A stretch of DNA of 63,139 nucleotides, the filler included, from Choristocarpus tenellus KU-1152 (Eukaryota > Protista > Phaeophyceae): the NCBI GenBank assembly GCA_964200185.2. It is 10 parts of 10 records of this genome, joined end to end, with 100 filler letters (N's around TTAATTAATTAA, not from the genome) between each part and the next. Parts side by side here need not be neighbours in the genome. Positions count along the whole stretch, not along the records: positions 12,721 to 17,465 come from CAXNAD020013235.1; positions 17,566 to 24,881 come from CAXNAD020006344.1; 8 more parts are not named here. One strand, written 5' to 3'. Shown piece after piece: positions 12,741-23,600 of the stretch. Position 1 is the stretch's first letter. Each line of letters starts with the position of its first letter. The notes under the pieces were generated by a model. The model worked only from the letters and a program-made list of their open reading frames with translations, was not told the origin of the DNA and ran no database searches. The translations under genes and the position numbers were made by a program.

Positions 12741-14560
12741 ATATCACAATGTACCAATTGGAGGGTTCAGTCACCCTGCAACCTCCTCCTCCCCCTTACT
12801 TTTGATCCCTATGCAATCTTCCCTTCCAAAGTTGGATAACAACAACGGTCCTAAACCAACTTGGTGCCCCTTCAAATCTTTCCTTCTTAGGAGAGAGAGA
12901 GATTGTTCTACTTCCTAGCAAAGGGGCGAATGTGCCTGCTTACTGTTGCATGCAGCTTTGGCAGTCAATAACTTCGATGCTGGTTGGGAAGAAAATAGAG
13001 TTTTTTAAATTCTCAATGGCAAGTAGCCATCTCAAATTGAGCTTGCTTTCCTTCCACCCAATGTATGCTCTATGCTGTGTGTAGATTTAGATAAATTGTG
13101 GAATGACGCTTGAAGGGAGTACTGTTACACACATAGTAAACCTCCTTCTTGGTACTGGACAACAGCTGCCTGATCCTATTGTTAATTGTCACTTTCAACT
13201 AAGCAAAGAGAGAAATGAAATAGCAGACCTAGTGAGAAATAAATTGAGAGGCCAATACCACAAGGAATATGTAGGACTCAGGAATGGAAGTATGTTGTCG
13301 GGCATCACGCATAGCTAAGTCAGAGAGCTAGTGCTGTCACATCTATGTGAACATGTGCTCAATGCCACACTGCCAGTTTCACATCCCAATTGCTGTTGGT
13401 GTAGTTACCATGCAATGGCAGCAAAAGCATTATCATTAAAAAATGTTACAAAATGTAGCACAATACTTGGGCACAGCAGATGTAGGAAGGATGCCATTGA
13501 CTGCCTTACTTTGGAGTATTCTGCTTGCTACCAAGGGTGTGTGTCTGTGTATATTAAGTTTGTAAGGCCCCAGATATGGTGCATGAAAAAAGCTATCATA
13601 CCTCTCTTGTTTCAGTAGAAGTAAGTAATCTATGTACCCTTAGAAGGAATGAAAGATACTGTACAGACCTGAGCTACAAGGGAAATTATTTTGTATGGAT
13701 CTGATTATCATAGTTATAGCATGCTACACCAGTGAGTGCATCAATACACTGCACCCTCCGTAGGTCTCGGAGTAAATACCATTCTTACATCAACCTACTT
13801 GTACTCAAAACAAAACAAAAATGCATTGGGTTGCTCTAAACTTTGCCTTAACAGCACCACAACAACATCGCCTAGCCTTCACTTCATTTTTCAATGCACC
13901 AAAAGAAATATGTTGTCTTATCTACAAGCACATACAGTGCGACTTAGCACTTCACTTTCTACATAGGGAACTAGCACCAATGACCGCAGCCCTACATTCA
14001 GACCATAGTATAGACCAATCAAACCTCTCCAATGCAATTCAAATACCAAGTGCGTGCTATCATGGTCATCATAAAGGGAGCAAAACCGGCGCTGCTGAAT
14101 GGGTATATCTACACCTATACTGCTGAGGCATCCCCTGAAAAAATGGAAACTCAATACATCCACATGAAAATACTTTGAAGCACTACTTACAGTCTGCTAC
14201 CTCATCACAACATAGACAGGGTGATGATGGCAAGCAACGCATATTCTTGCCTTCTTTGGGTGGCATGAAGGAGTAGGAATTGTTGCAACTAGAAATATAC
14301 TACACAAAAAATACTTTTGAGGGAAACATAGAAGAAAAATAGACATAGGGCAGTATGAACCCCTCCCCCTCAGAACAAAGACATGACTGACTCTGCCCTA
14401 TCTTGTTCTGCCCAATCCCTGACAGTGTAGTCCACACGCATGCAAAAAGGAAAAGAAATTCCAATCCAAAAAAGAAATATCATGCAAAGATACAGCTTAA
14501 GACTGCCCTGAAAATGAGATCAGGTAGCTCATCGCCACTGGAGATGCCTGCTATCAAATT
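12741..14560 (-). mobile_element. Highly decayed LINE-like ORF2 relic (APE to RT N-terminus)
   Basis: Fragments YIDYLLL (~13610; RIDYIL-like) and APSWFRTVVVIQLWKG...SNW (~12760-12870; PxxW..I..I.K...NWRP-like); many stops. Confidence 0.3.
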
Positions 14561-14601
14561 AGGCACCCTCTTCTCCATCATGCCTACCAAGAACCCCCTC
14601 C

Positions 14602-16387
14602 TTACTCATACAAAATACAGTCCAAAATGAAGTCCTGACAATCAGGAAACAAGGAGTCAACCACCCCCACAAAGTCCTCCCTCTCCTCTTCCTTCACATG
14701 AACATAACACCTCACTTTCATGGCAGTCTTGTAGAAGTGGCTGAGACTCGCCTGCGCTTGATCCGCTGCTCTGATCCGCAGCACATCAAGGACCCTGGAA
14801 AAAGCAACAGGACAACAGTCTATGACATGGCGCCCTTTCACATCAACAGTTTCCTTTGCCAAGGAGAATCCCTTTGCACCAAAGCGCTCAGCAAGGACGG
14901 AATGCCTGCATTGCACCAGTGTGGAGCTCCTTGTGGATATTACATGTCCCCGCACAGTGAGATGCACAATCTCATCAGTCTCCACACCCGCCCCCTCTAC
15001 TGAAGCTTCCTCTCCCTCCTCCACAGGCGCAATCATAGTGTTTGTAGGGCCAAAGATTTTCACAAAAGATTCTTCCCCGAACCGGAAAGTTTCATCAGCT
15101 TTCATCAGTTCCAGATTGGCGTCAGCCAAGGCAGCCTCCTCTTGCCGGAAGATGCCCTCGATAACAGGAACCATCACCAAGCTTTCATAGTTGACAGAGA
15201 GTAAGCGCCTGCTGGGTGGATCCATAAGTGGGGTATGTAGGTACTCAACCTCGAAAACCTCCACGTCAGCGGTGGCCTGTTCATTCATTTCGTGGAGAAT
15301 TGCCTTCACAATACCACTTTCAGTGTAGGGGTAATTGTGAGTATTCTTGCTCACCAACGACCTAGTTGCGTTAAACGGAATACGCAGGAGAGGCCCACAA
15401 AAATCTGGCCCACAAGCTTCATTACAGCGGACCGCCACACGCATACCATCCTTCTCCCTCACCTTCATCTTTCCGGTGTTGAACCTACCCCTACAGTCCA
15501 CGAGAGAAAAACAAATGCCTTGGTGGACTCCTTACGGCCATTTCCACACCAGGACTGATCGGTGTAACCACCCACCATACCCTCCCCACATCGTACAAGG
15601 ACTACCGTGCTCTGGGAATCATCACATCGCTCATGGAAAGACGTTGAACGGAACCCATCGCGCGAAGTCCTGAAGAGAAGTTTTAATCTCCCAGTTATTG
15701 ACGATGAAAGATTTATTCCAGCCAAGATCGGATCTTGTCATCGCACTCCCATTTTTCGCCAAGGACAGAGCTTCAACCGAGGAAAGCAACAGAGTTATCG
15801 AGAAATATTTTCTCGAGTCTAAGGGAGTGGACGAGGTGCCCAAAAACACCTTCCCAGTGCTTCGGTCGATCTTCCGTGTTGGGGTAGGTAGACACATTCT
15901 TACCCTCCAGAAGACGGATGACATCCTTGAATGCCGAAGGTGACACATCCAGGAAGATAGAGTTGTCCGAGTCTCGGGGAAAGCGCGCATCCCATCGCCC
16001 CCAGAAAATCTCCGGGAGAACGGGGGTCTTGGCAGAGGAAAGGGTAGACCGGTGCAAGTTGAAGGTGGTTCCCCCTACATTGAGGGTCATCATCTCGTAC
16101 CCTGCCTTACGGTCAACATCTAGGACCTTGGCATTATCCATGCGAGATCACAAATCTCGCCACTTTGCTTCATAGATTGCCCACTCCTGGTCCAGCATAT
16201 TGTAGACTATATCTAACTCCTCCTGCTGACGCGACACACAGTTGGAGATGGCGACTTTATAGGACTGTCGGACTTTACTTGGGGGTTCTTCTTTCATTGG
16301 CGTGGTAGGTTCGGAGACCACGGCCGTAGGGTTGGTCGTAACAAAGACTTCTTCAAGAAGATCATATTCATTGTCTACTACATCCAT
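14602..16387 (-). pseudogene. Intronless BTB/POZ-TLDc-BTB/POZ pseudogene
   Basis: BTB (LNVGGTTFNLHRSTL...IFLDVSPSAFKDV), TLDc (KLLFRTSRDGF..SFHERCD..STVVLV..GGYT..W..AFVF), second BTB (VHLTVRG..STL..IDCCPVAFSRVLDVLR). In-frame TGA at 16148 and 15773; frameshifts near 15715 and 15500. Confidence 0.82.
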
Positions 16388-16794
16388 TTCAAGCTGTAAG
16401 CGAACGAGATCTGAGTGTGTCGGATATTTGACAGACGTAGTGGAACCTCCTTCACCCTGGAAGGAGATGTTTTGGGGTTTTTTAGGGGGTTCATGGTGGT
16501 TGAACTTTCACTACTACTACTACTACATTCATTGGGTTGGATAATGTTAACAATAAAATAGTATAATAATATAGCGTTGAGGGTTTTGTCGTACTCAATA
16601 TAATATGAAGCATTTCTTTTTAGTAATATATTTCAATATATTTATTATGGGTTTCACGTTTTGCGCATGTGTCAGGGGAAAAGCCACTTCAATATCATAA
16701 GAACCCCTGTTAAAGTAACAATTATTGTAGGAAGATATCCCTCCAAAATCTATTTACTCTTTAACTACAAGCAATGCTACACCACTCCCCATCC

Positions 16795-17177
16795 ATGCCT
16801 CAAATCTAATTTACCTCCTCACCACAGGGCGAGGAACCCAGAAAGCTTCTCAAGAATCTGACAGGCCCCTCCTTGCCCATCATCTGCTTGGTGTCTCCTA
16901 ATATATCCACTCACATTTTGAAGATATCGATAGATATTTCCTTTTGTGATGTATGTTGACACTGCAGCACATACCGTCGATGTCTTTGTCACGGTAAGGT
17001 ACAGTTGAAAAACGAATACAGATACTGTCTGTCACTACACAAGTCTCTCTCAAGACGAGTCATGCGTTTCAAGCTGGAGACACCAGGCAGATGGCCAAGA
17101 AGGGGCCTGTCAGATTCTCGAGATGCTTCCCTAGCTCCTCGCCAAGATGTGCAGGGGCTAAGCTAGATTGGAGGCAT
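16795..17177. repeat. Degenerate ~100-bp inverted repeat (16795-16898 / 17076-17177); long-TIR element
   Basis: GAATCTGACAGGCCCCT..TTG.CCAT..CTG..TGGTGTCTCC on + is mirrored on -; a third arm lies at ~37320-37440. Confidence 0.75.
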
Positions 17178-17625
17178 AGCAGGAATGTGCCCATAATTAT
17201 TTTATTGTTATGCCCTCTGACGTTTTGCAGATGTATCAGGTGAAAAAACAATGAAAACGATTCACATGTCAGAAAAATCCCCCAAAAAGTTACCAGTCTT
17301 CGTAAAATGTCGTAATTTCCAAGCCTTAAGGGAGTATTATTGTAGCTGGTATTCAAATATTAAATAGATGTTAGAGATATATTTCACAGTATACAGGTAC
17401 TTTTACAGGGGTCTTTGTCATATTGGTTTGGCTTTTCCCCTCTTAGACCCAAAGTATCTGGGGGGNNNNNNNNNNNNNNNNNNNNNNNNNNNNNNNNNNN
17501 NNNNNNNNNTTAATTAATTAANNNNNNNNNNNNNNNNNNNNNNNNNNNNNNNNNNNNNNNNNNNNGTAGTTTGTTGTTGCTGATTTTGAGGCCAAAACAG
17601 GGCACGTCGAGGGTCAGAACGTCGG

Positions 17626-19601
17626 CATGGTAACCCCCCCGTCGACCCCCCCGCACCGCATAGGAAGGGTGCTCAAGTGTCCCTGAATACCAGGGTTGTG
17701 CTTGCAGTTCAACACGCCCTTGCAATAGTCCTTGGTGAGCACAAACTGCCACGACACATTGGGCCGTCCCTCGCATCGGAGCTTGGAGTGTCTGAGTGTT
17801 ACATGCAAGGGGTCTGGGAGGACGTCGGCGATCAGCTCGTCCATGGCCACATGCTTGACCTAGGGGTGGCGGCATGTAGTGAGCGGCCTTTAGAGCTCAC
17901 ACCAACCAAGATGGCCGCAATACATTGTATCAACTCCGATAATCGGTCATCCACAGTGCGTCAGGTGACAAAGAAGATGACCACCAAGGTGCTGAATTAT
18001 AGCACAATCACCATAAGGAGGTGGATGATATGGGGACCATGCTGAATCGTCGCCGGATCAAACCCAAGCTTAGAGACAAAGTATCTTAGAGGCTAGAGTC
18101 GTGTCCATTTGGGGGAAAAATCAAATGTTACGATTTTCATGTAATTTTTGTGCAATATAGACTGATAGTCTATATCGTTTGTACGCATTTAGTGAACACC
18201 ACTAGACAAGAGGAATGTGGGCTAAGTGGAACAAGTGGCATCGACTTCTGTTAGTGTGTGTGANNNNNNNNNNAGTGGACTGTTGGAGGAGTTCTGACAT
18301 AGTACTAGCTACGCAAGATAAGTGACATAGTACGATGTAACGGCAGGACACGATTTGATGTGTCAGCTGATGAGTTGGCTGATATATGTAAGAAACAATA
18401 AGATAATAAAATAAGAGAGAGCACCCCCCACCACCGAGGGCTGTGCTCACTCCGCTAATAAACATATATCCATACCACACAAAGCAAAATACTCTACTTG
18501 AGTAGTTCTCTTTTGCATAATTTTGACTATCGTGTTTGCTAGGAAGTATCAATATCCTTGTTCGGACACACCTTTCCATAATGTATACATTTTACCTACT
18601 CCGAAACCGTGGTTTCGGAGTAGGTAAAGTGTCATAAAAATCTCTTGGGAAGCCAAGCGCCAAACGGACAGAGCAAGAATCTTACCCTCTAAGTCACTTT
18701 CACTCTTAAATCGTGGCAAAAGGTATGGAGAATGGACTTTATTTGCGATCAAGTGGACCAGAAACATGGCGTGTACGCCTCCATGACGAACAAGGCCCAT
18801 GTGGGTGAAACCTGGTTTTATGTGATGGTTGATGGGAAAAGGGTTAAGAAATATTTCCTCATGAGGATGATAGCGACCTTCCAGGATCTCCTACTGTGCA
18901 GCACAAAGAGTCATGCCCCCAAAACCATGATCATTGCAGCCAATGCCCACCCAGATTTGGCTCACAGCTTTGATGTAAAGCTTGGCATTTGGCATATATG
19001 TGTGTGCGCCAAAAACGACACACAGGACAAGCAAGATCCATAAAAGGGGTGTGTGCATGAGCAGGACTGTACTTTAGACCATTTGTGATACAGAAAGTGG
19101 TACACGGAGGAGTTACTACCTGCAATCAAGACCAAGAAGCCTTGGTTGTAGGGGAAGCACGCTGTGATTCAGCAAGATGGTGCCACCCCCCACACGGGCA
19201 AGGGTAACTCAGAAATCTTGTCAGGGGCAGGGAAGACTGAGGGGTGGTCGATTAGGTTTGTGACGCAGCCATCACACTCCCCCGACCTCAATATCATGGA
19301 CCTGTGCTTCTTCAGGTCTTTGAAATGCTGAGCGATGTGGGAGCAGTTTGGGTCCGTCGAGGAGATGGTAAATGTCATTAAGAAACAGTACGAGGGGTAT
19401 GATGAAACCACACTTAAGAGGGCTTGGCAGCTCCTTTTTGTGGTGTCCAATCAAGTACTTAGATACAAAGGGAGGAATGACTTCAGTGTGGAGCACACAG
19501 GGGTAAGGAAGAGGCAGTTATCTGGTGAGCTTAAAAACATGCTGAAGGTAGACATGGAGGCTTTTTCTGTGGGTGATAAAATTGTGATGGATGAGGAATA
19601 A
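17626..19601 (+). mobile_element. Mariner-type (DD39D-related) transposase pseudogene interrupted by a MITE
   Basis: RIKPKL|KSWQKVWRMDF, HVGETWFY (HVDEKWFY-like), IQQDGATPH, QPSHSPDLNIMDLCFF. Confidence 0.85.
18073..18705. mobile_element. Family A MITE carrying a ~360-bp nested insert, inside the mariner ORF
   Basis: GAGACAAAGTATCTTAGAGG ... CCCTCTAAGTCACTTTCACTC; flanks (C)TTA / TTAA; excision restores the transposase frame. Confidence 0.82.
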
Positions 19602-19918
19602 TAATATTGAAAAGAGCTGACCCTAACCAGAAATTCGTAAAGGATTTCCAAATCTTCTTTCAGAAATGAATTTCATCAACATCTTCAAAGGTTTCGGACA
19701 ATGCGGCACAGACTTATGGCACGGAGGCAATATTATAGTGTTGAATACTCCTTGGTTCAACATTCAAATTATGGAATGATTTCTGTTCCCTCTTGGAGCA
19801 TAACGATCTGATCAATAACGAAGAAAATCAAAAATGAGAAAAAGAAGTTTAGACGAAGATCGTGTCCAACCATTGTATACTATGCTGTTCAAGCGTTTGA
19901 ACTCATCCCGAAGGGAAA

Positions 19919-20177
19919 GAATGAGAGTATCTTAGAGGGTACGAGTTTTTCCCTGTTTGTCCATTTGGGGCTTGACTTCCCACGATTTTTTAAAATGACA
20001 TTCTCCTACTCCAAAATGTTTAGGATAAGGTAAAATGTGTACGTTATGAAAAGGTGTGTCCGGAACATGGATATTGACACTTCCTAACAAACACGATAGC
20101 CAAAACTACATGAAAATCGCAACACTGGATTTGGCCCACAAATGGACACGGCTCTACCCTCTAAGACACTTAGATTC
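19919..20177. mobile_element. Family A MITE, TSD GAAA
   Basis: Homologous to 9781-10039 over its full length; GAAA on both flanks. Confidence 0.9.
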
Positions 20178-21015
20178 GAAAAGAAGATAAGAAAATATAC
20201 TTTCGAGTCGAACCTACAGAACCATCACAATAATAATATAATGAACAACTATTGTTGTGTGACCAAGCTCTGTGTGATGGGGGTTGACAAGAACCACCAG
20301 AGACGAGGATCCGAAAGAAGAGCGTGAGGGGGTTGAGGGAAGTTGGGCAAGGGTTAGGATTCTCAGGGCAGTATGGTCCTTAATATTTCACTGAGATTGT
20401 CTCCATCCAGCCAGAACAAAATATAATCCCCAACTTTGCTGTTTATTCATGTCAGGGTGACTGTCAGCCAGTTCCATGCCTGACCGACACCACATGGCCT
20501 TGTATTATGGTTGACACTGGACAAAAACTCCACTTTCAAGAGCAGTTGAGTTTGTATAGATCTGATTGAAGAATTGAGGAAGTTGCTGGCACGCCACGAG
20601 AGTGTACTGCCTCACTACAAATAAGGAGATGTAGAATATGTTATCTTGATTTAGAGCCAAGAGTGACTCATTACCTGTACAAAGGGGGTTGTCCTACCCT
20701 CCATAATCAATCTAGGAACAATTTAGAAAGTACCGAAGAATATGTTTCCTAGAAGAGCGTTGCTCGAACATCACAATATTCTAATACTCCTATCCATCAC
20801 TCAGGGATAATTTTAGTCGTACTATCTTACTACATAGACATCTCATATTTCATGTATGCTAATAGCAGCATGAAGTATGTACAGTACTACAACACATGGT
20901 TCAAAGCGAACAGAAGCTAGTCGTTTGAGATAAGAGGGTCAGCTGGAGTGTTCTTGATCAGACAGACGTGTCAGCCTCATGAGTGATGCATGTCAGCTCA
21001 TATGGATGACGTAAA

Positions 21016-21171
21016 TCCGAGTTGAACGGATTGATCAAGAGCAGTGTATGGGCCCAAGTTCAACGACCCGAGGATCCGAAGGTAGTAGGTAACAATATTG
21101 TCTTCAAACACAACGTGGATCCAGATGGAGAAGTGTAACGATGCAGAGTGCATATTGTGGTCCAAGATTTG
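21016..21171 (+). mobile_element. Ty1/copia reverse transcriptase N-terminal fragment
   Basis: SELNGLIKSSVWAQVQRPEDPKVVGNNIVFKHNVDPDGEV*RCRVHIVVQD matches copia E..SL....W.LV.P...V..KWVFK.K...DG...RYKARLVA.G. Confidence 0.75.
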
Positions 21172-21439
21172 TGCTGGGTTAGCTCCCCAGCCTCTGATTT
21201 TATCAAATCATTGAGATATCACTGTTCCACTGGGTTAGATAGTCGTGAGGACCTGGGGGATGGCATTGGAAGGGAGAATAGCTCGCAACAAGAATCTGCA
21301 AACCTTGAAGAAGATGAAGATGAGCCCGAGACTGCTGAACCAGTCAATATGAGACAAGCAAGGACTCTGAAGCAACTGACACACCAACCACCTGGGACCA
21401 GAGACAGGAGCTAGTTGTGATGTAACAACAAGGCGCCCG

Positions 21440-21885
21440 AGTTGTGCTACTATTTTCCCTGGTGGAACATCGGTATCTCAATGATTTGACAGTTGTTGGA
21501 CAAAATCTAGTCCTCGTCATCGTTCGTCCACAAATGTTATCTATCGCCTTTGTTTTTGTGGCTATGGACCCTCTTGTGACCTTCAAAAATAAGCAGAACA
21601 AATCCCACAATGCTATGAAACGATTGTAGCCTATCGTGTAGCAAATGGATTGGATAATCAATAAAAAATTGTTGCCAAAGTGTCGACTCGAGAATTCGTC
21701 TTTACTGGTACCATACTTTGCATAGTCTGTACATATGGCATTGCCGTAATTGTATGACCTATCGTCGAAGTAAAGAGACTATTGGATATACGTCTGGTAT
21801 AGATCTCCGCCATTTTTTCTTATGACTTGACTGTCTTGCCCCAAGTCTCGTGCTACCACATATCATGATCCCTTACATGGTATGA
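21440..21885 (-). pseudogene. A32/FtsK-like packaging ATPase relic (Polinton/Maverick-like)
   Basis: IMICGST..(fs)GKT Walker A at ~21829-21880, SLYFDD Walker B at 21761-21780, SRHFGNNFLLIIQS (RH...Q motif) at ~21650-21690; A-B spacing is too short, implying a deletion. Confidence 0.5.
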
Positions 21886-21979
21886 CCATCCCGTTAGACA
21901 AGTGTTTTATGTATCACATTGTAATAGATGGGGATAATGTGTTTCATTTTGAAAAGAGATTTGATTATTCGTACCATAT

Positions 21980-23600
21980 TCCAGTCAACTTATTTCACAA
22001 CCAGCTTTGACTTGATGTATTGTGTTTACCACGCCTATCAACCCTTTCCAAATAGGTTATATGCATGTATGTTGGTGGACTTTTTGGATAAACAATAATA
22101 CGATATCATTTTATCCCTCAACTCTCCTCGTTTGCGAAGGGGAGTCGTGTGAGGCTCATAATAACCAGTTGAAACCTGAAATCGAATGCACTGTATATGC
22201 AAGCGAAATGCGTAGACTACGAGTGAAGAGGAATCATGGTGTTGCAAAGCACCGGTGAGTAGAATACGTAGTCTGTGGTGTGAGTAGATGTGGTTGTGAT
22301 GCAAAGCATTGATGTATTTGTTCTGTTGCAACTGGAGTCATTGTTCTCTCAGTCAAGAATGATGCGATGTGAATTCAGTGTTATTTCATGAGATACTCAA
22401 CGAAAGAAGTTCATGCTCTGTGGAGAGGCTTGTTACCTTGACTGGCAAGGGTTTACGTAGATGGTTTTAACTCTGTATGTATTACATCCAACTGTGCGTC
22501 AGGGGCACTTTGCAGAGTGAGCTTGAGTCGCTCAGAGGGGGCAATGACAACCAATGAAAAAATAATAACCAACAATTAACTTGCATCTAGGGCCTTAAGC
22601 ATATAAAAAAGAACAGATATGACAGACAATAACAAAGAGAAAAAAAGAACAGAATGTAACAGAGGAATGTACTTGGGACAAGTTCCGAAGAAACTTGAAT
22701 GACGCGTGTGTGATGTGTATCAACTGAATACGAACTGATGCTATACTTCTATCTACTGTTATCGATGTGATGATGGGTTGCGATGCGCAATAAATAAATG
22801 GACAATAATGATCAGTGCAGTGCACCAATCAACAGTCAGTACAAGCTGGTAGTTTTTGTATCATATCAGCAAGAAACAAATGAGTAGCCTATGTTTTAAC
22901 ATGGGCACATGTGGTGGTGAAGAGACTGTATTGCCGGGTACATTAGGACTCGTGTGTGCTAGGGGTGGCTGTTCATTACATCATGTATGTCTCGTTTTCA
23001 TGAAATGTATTTATTATCATGAAATGATTAACATTGATAATGACAAAGATTCAAGTTCACCACTGGTAAAGGATGGAGCCTTCAGGTTAATCACATTTGT
23101 TCTTTGTTTTTCGAGTGGCATGATCCTCCCAGCATGATGAAGGACCATATGGTCACCTCATATCGTATTGAGAGTTGAGCCACGAACACCATACGTCCTA
23201 GTGTCCACTTGGGATATTGGAGTTGTCGCAAGCAATCTTTGCAATCAAATCAGAATGCGAGGAAGTAGAAGTGTGTACACATCATCTATTGACCTTGTTA
23301 TGTGCGGTGTTGATTTTTTATCATGTACTCCGGAGTATATGCGTTTGTGTTTTCACACATGGTAGTTTTGATCAAAATCATCATATCACACTTGTTAGCA
23401 TTGTCAGATCACAAACGCTTGCCAACAGTTATTGATATCGTAAAGCATTTGCTCCTCTTATCCATTCCTGAGTATCCTCTGTTTGTACAAGATAATATAT
23501 ATAAAATACTTCTATGCTGGCCCCATACATCTCCCGAGTCTTACTCAGGCTGACCGCATTGCTGATCCCATACCCTCAGACCTCGGCTATGAACTTGATG
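21980..23600 (-). pseudogene. Possible Polinton major-capsid N-half (~22000-22560) and minor-capsid (~22600 upward) relics
   Basis: Weak motifs: TGYY...RKRGEL...NIHAYNLF..LIGVV (MCP-like) and PIITSITVDRSIASVRIQL (penton C-terminus-like); same strand as and directly upstream of the ATPase relic. Confidence 0.3.

Noticed and set aside
15773-16150. Two in-frame TGA codons as selenocysteine or readthrough
   Set aside because: The same gene also has two frameshifts and no SECIS was recognised; pseudogenisation is simpler.
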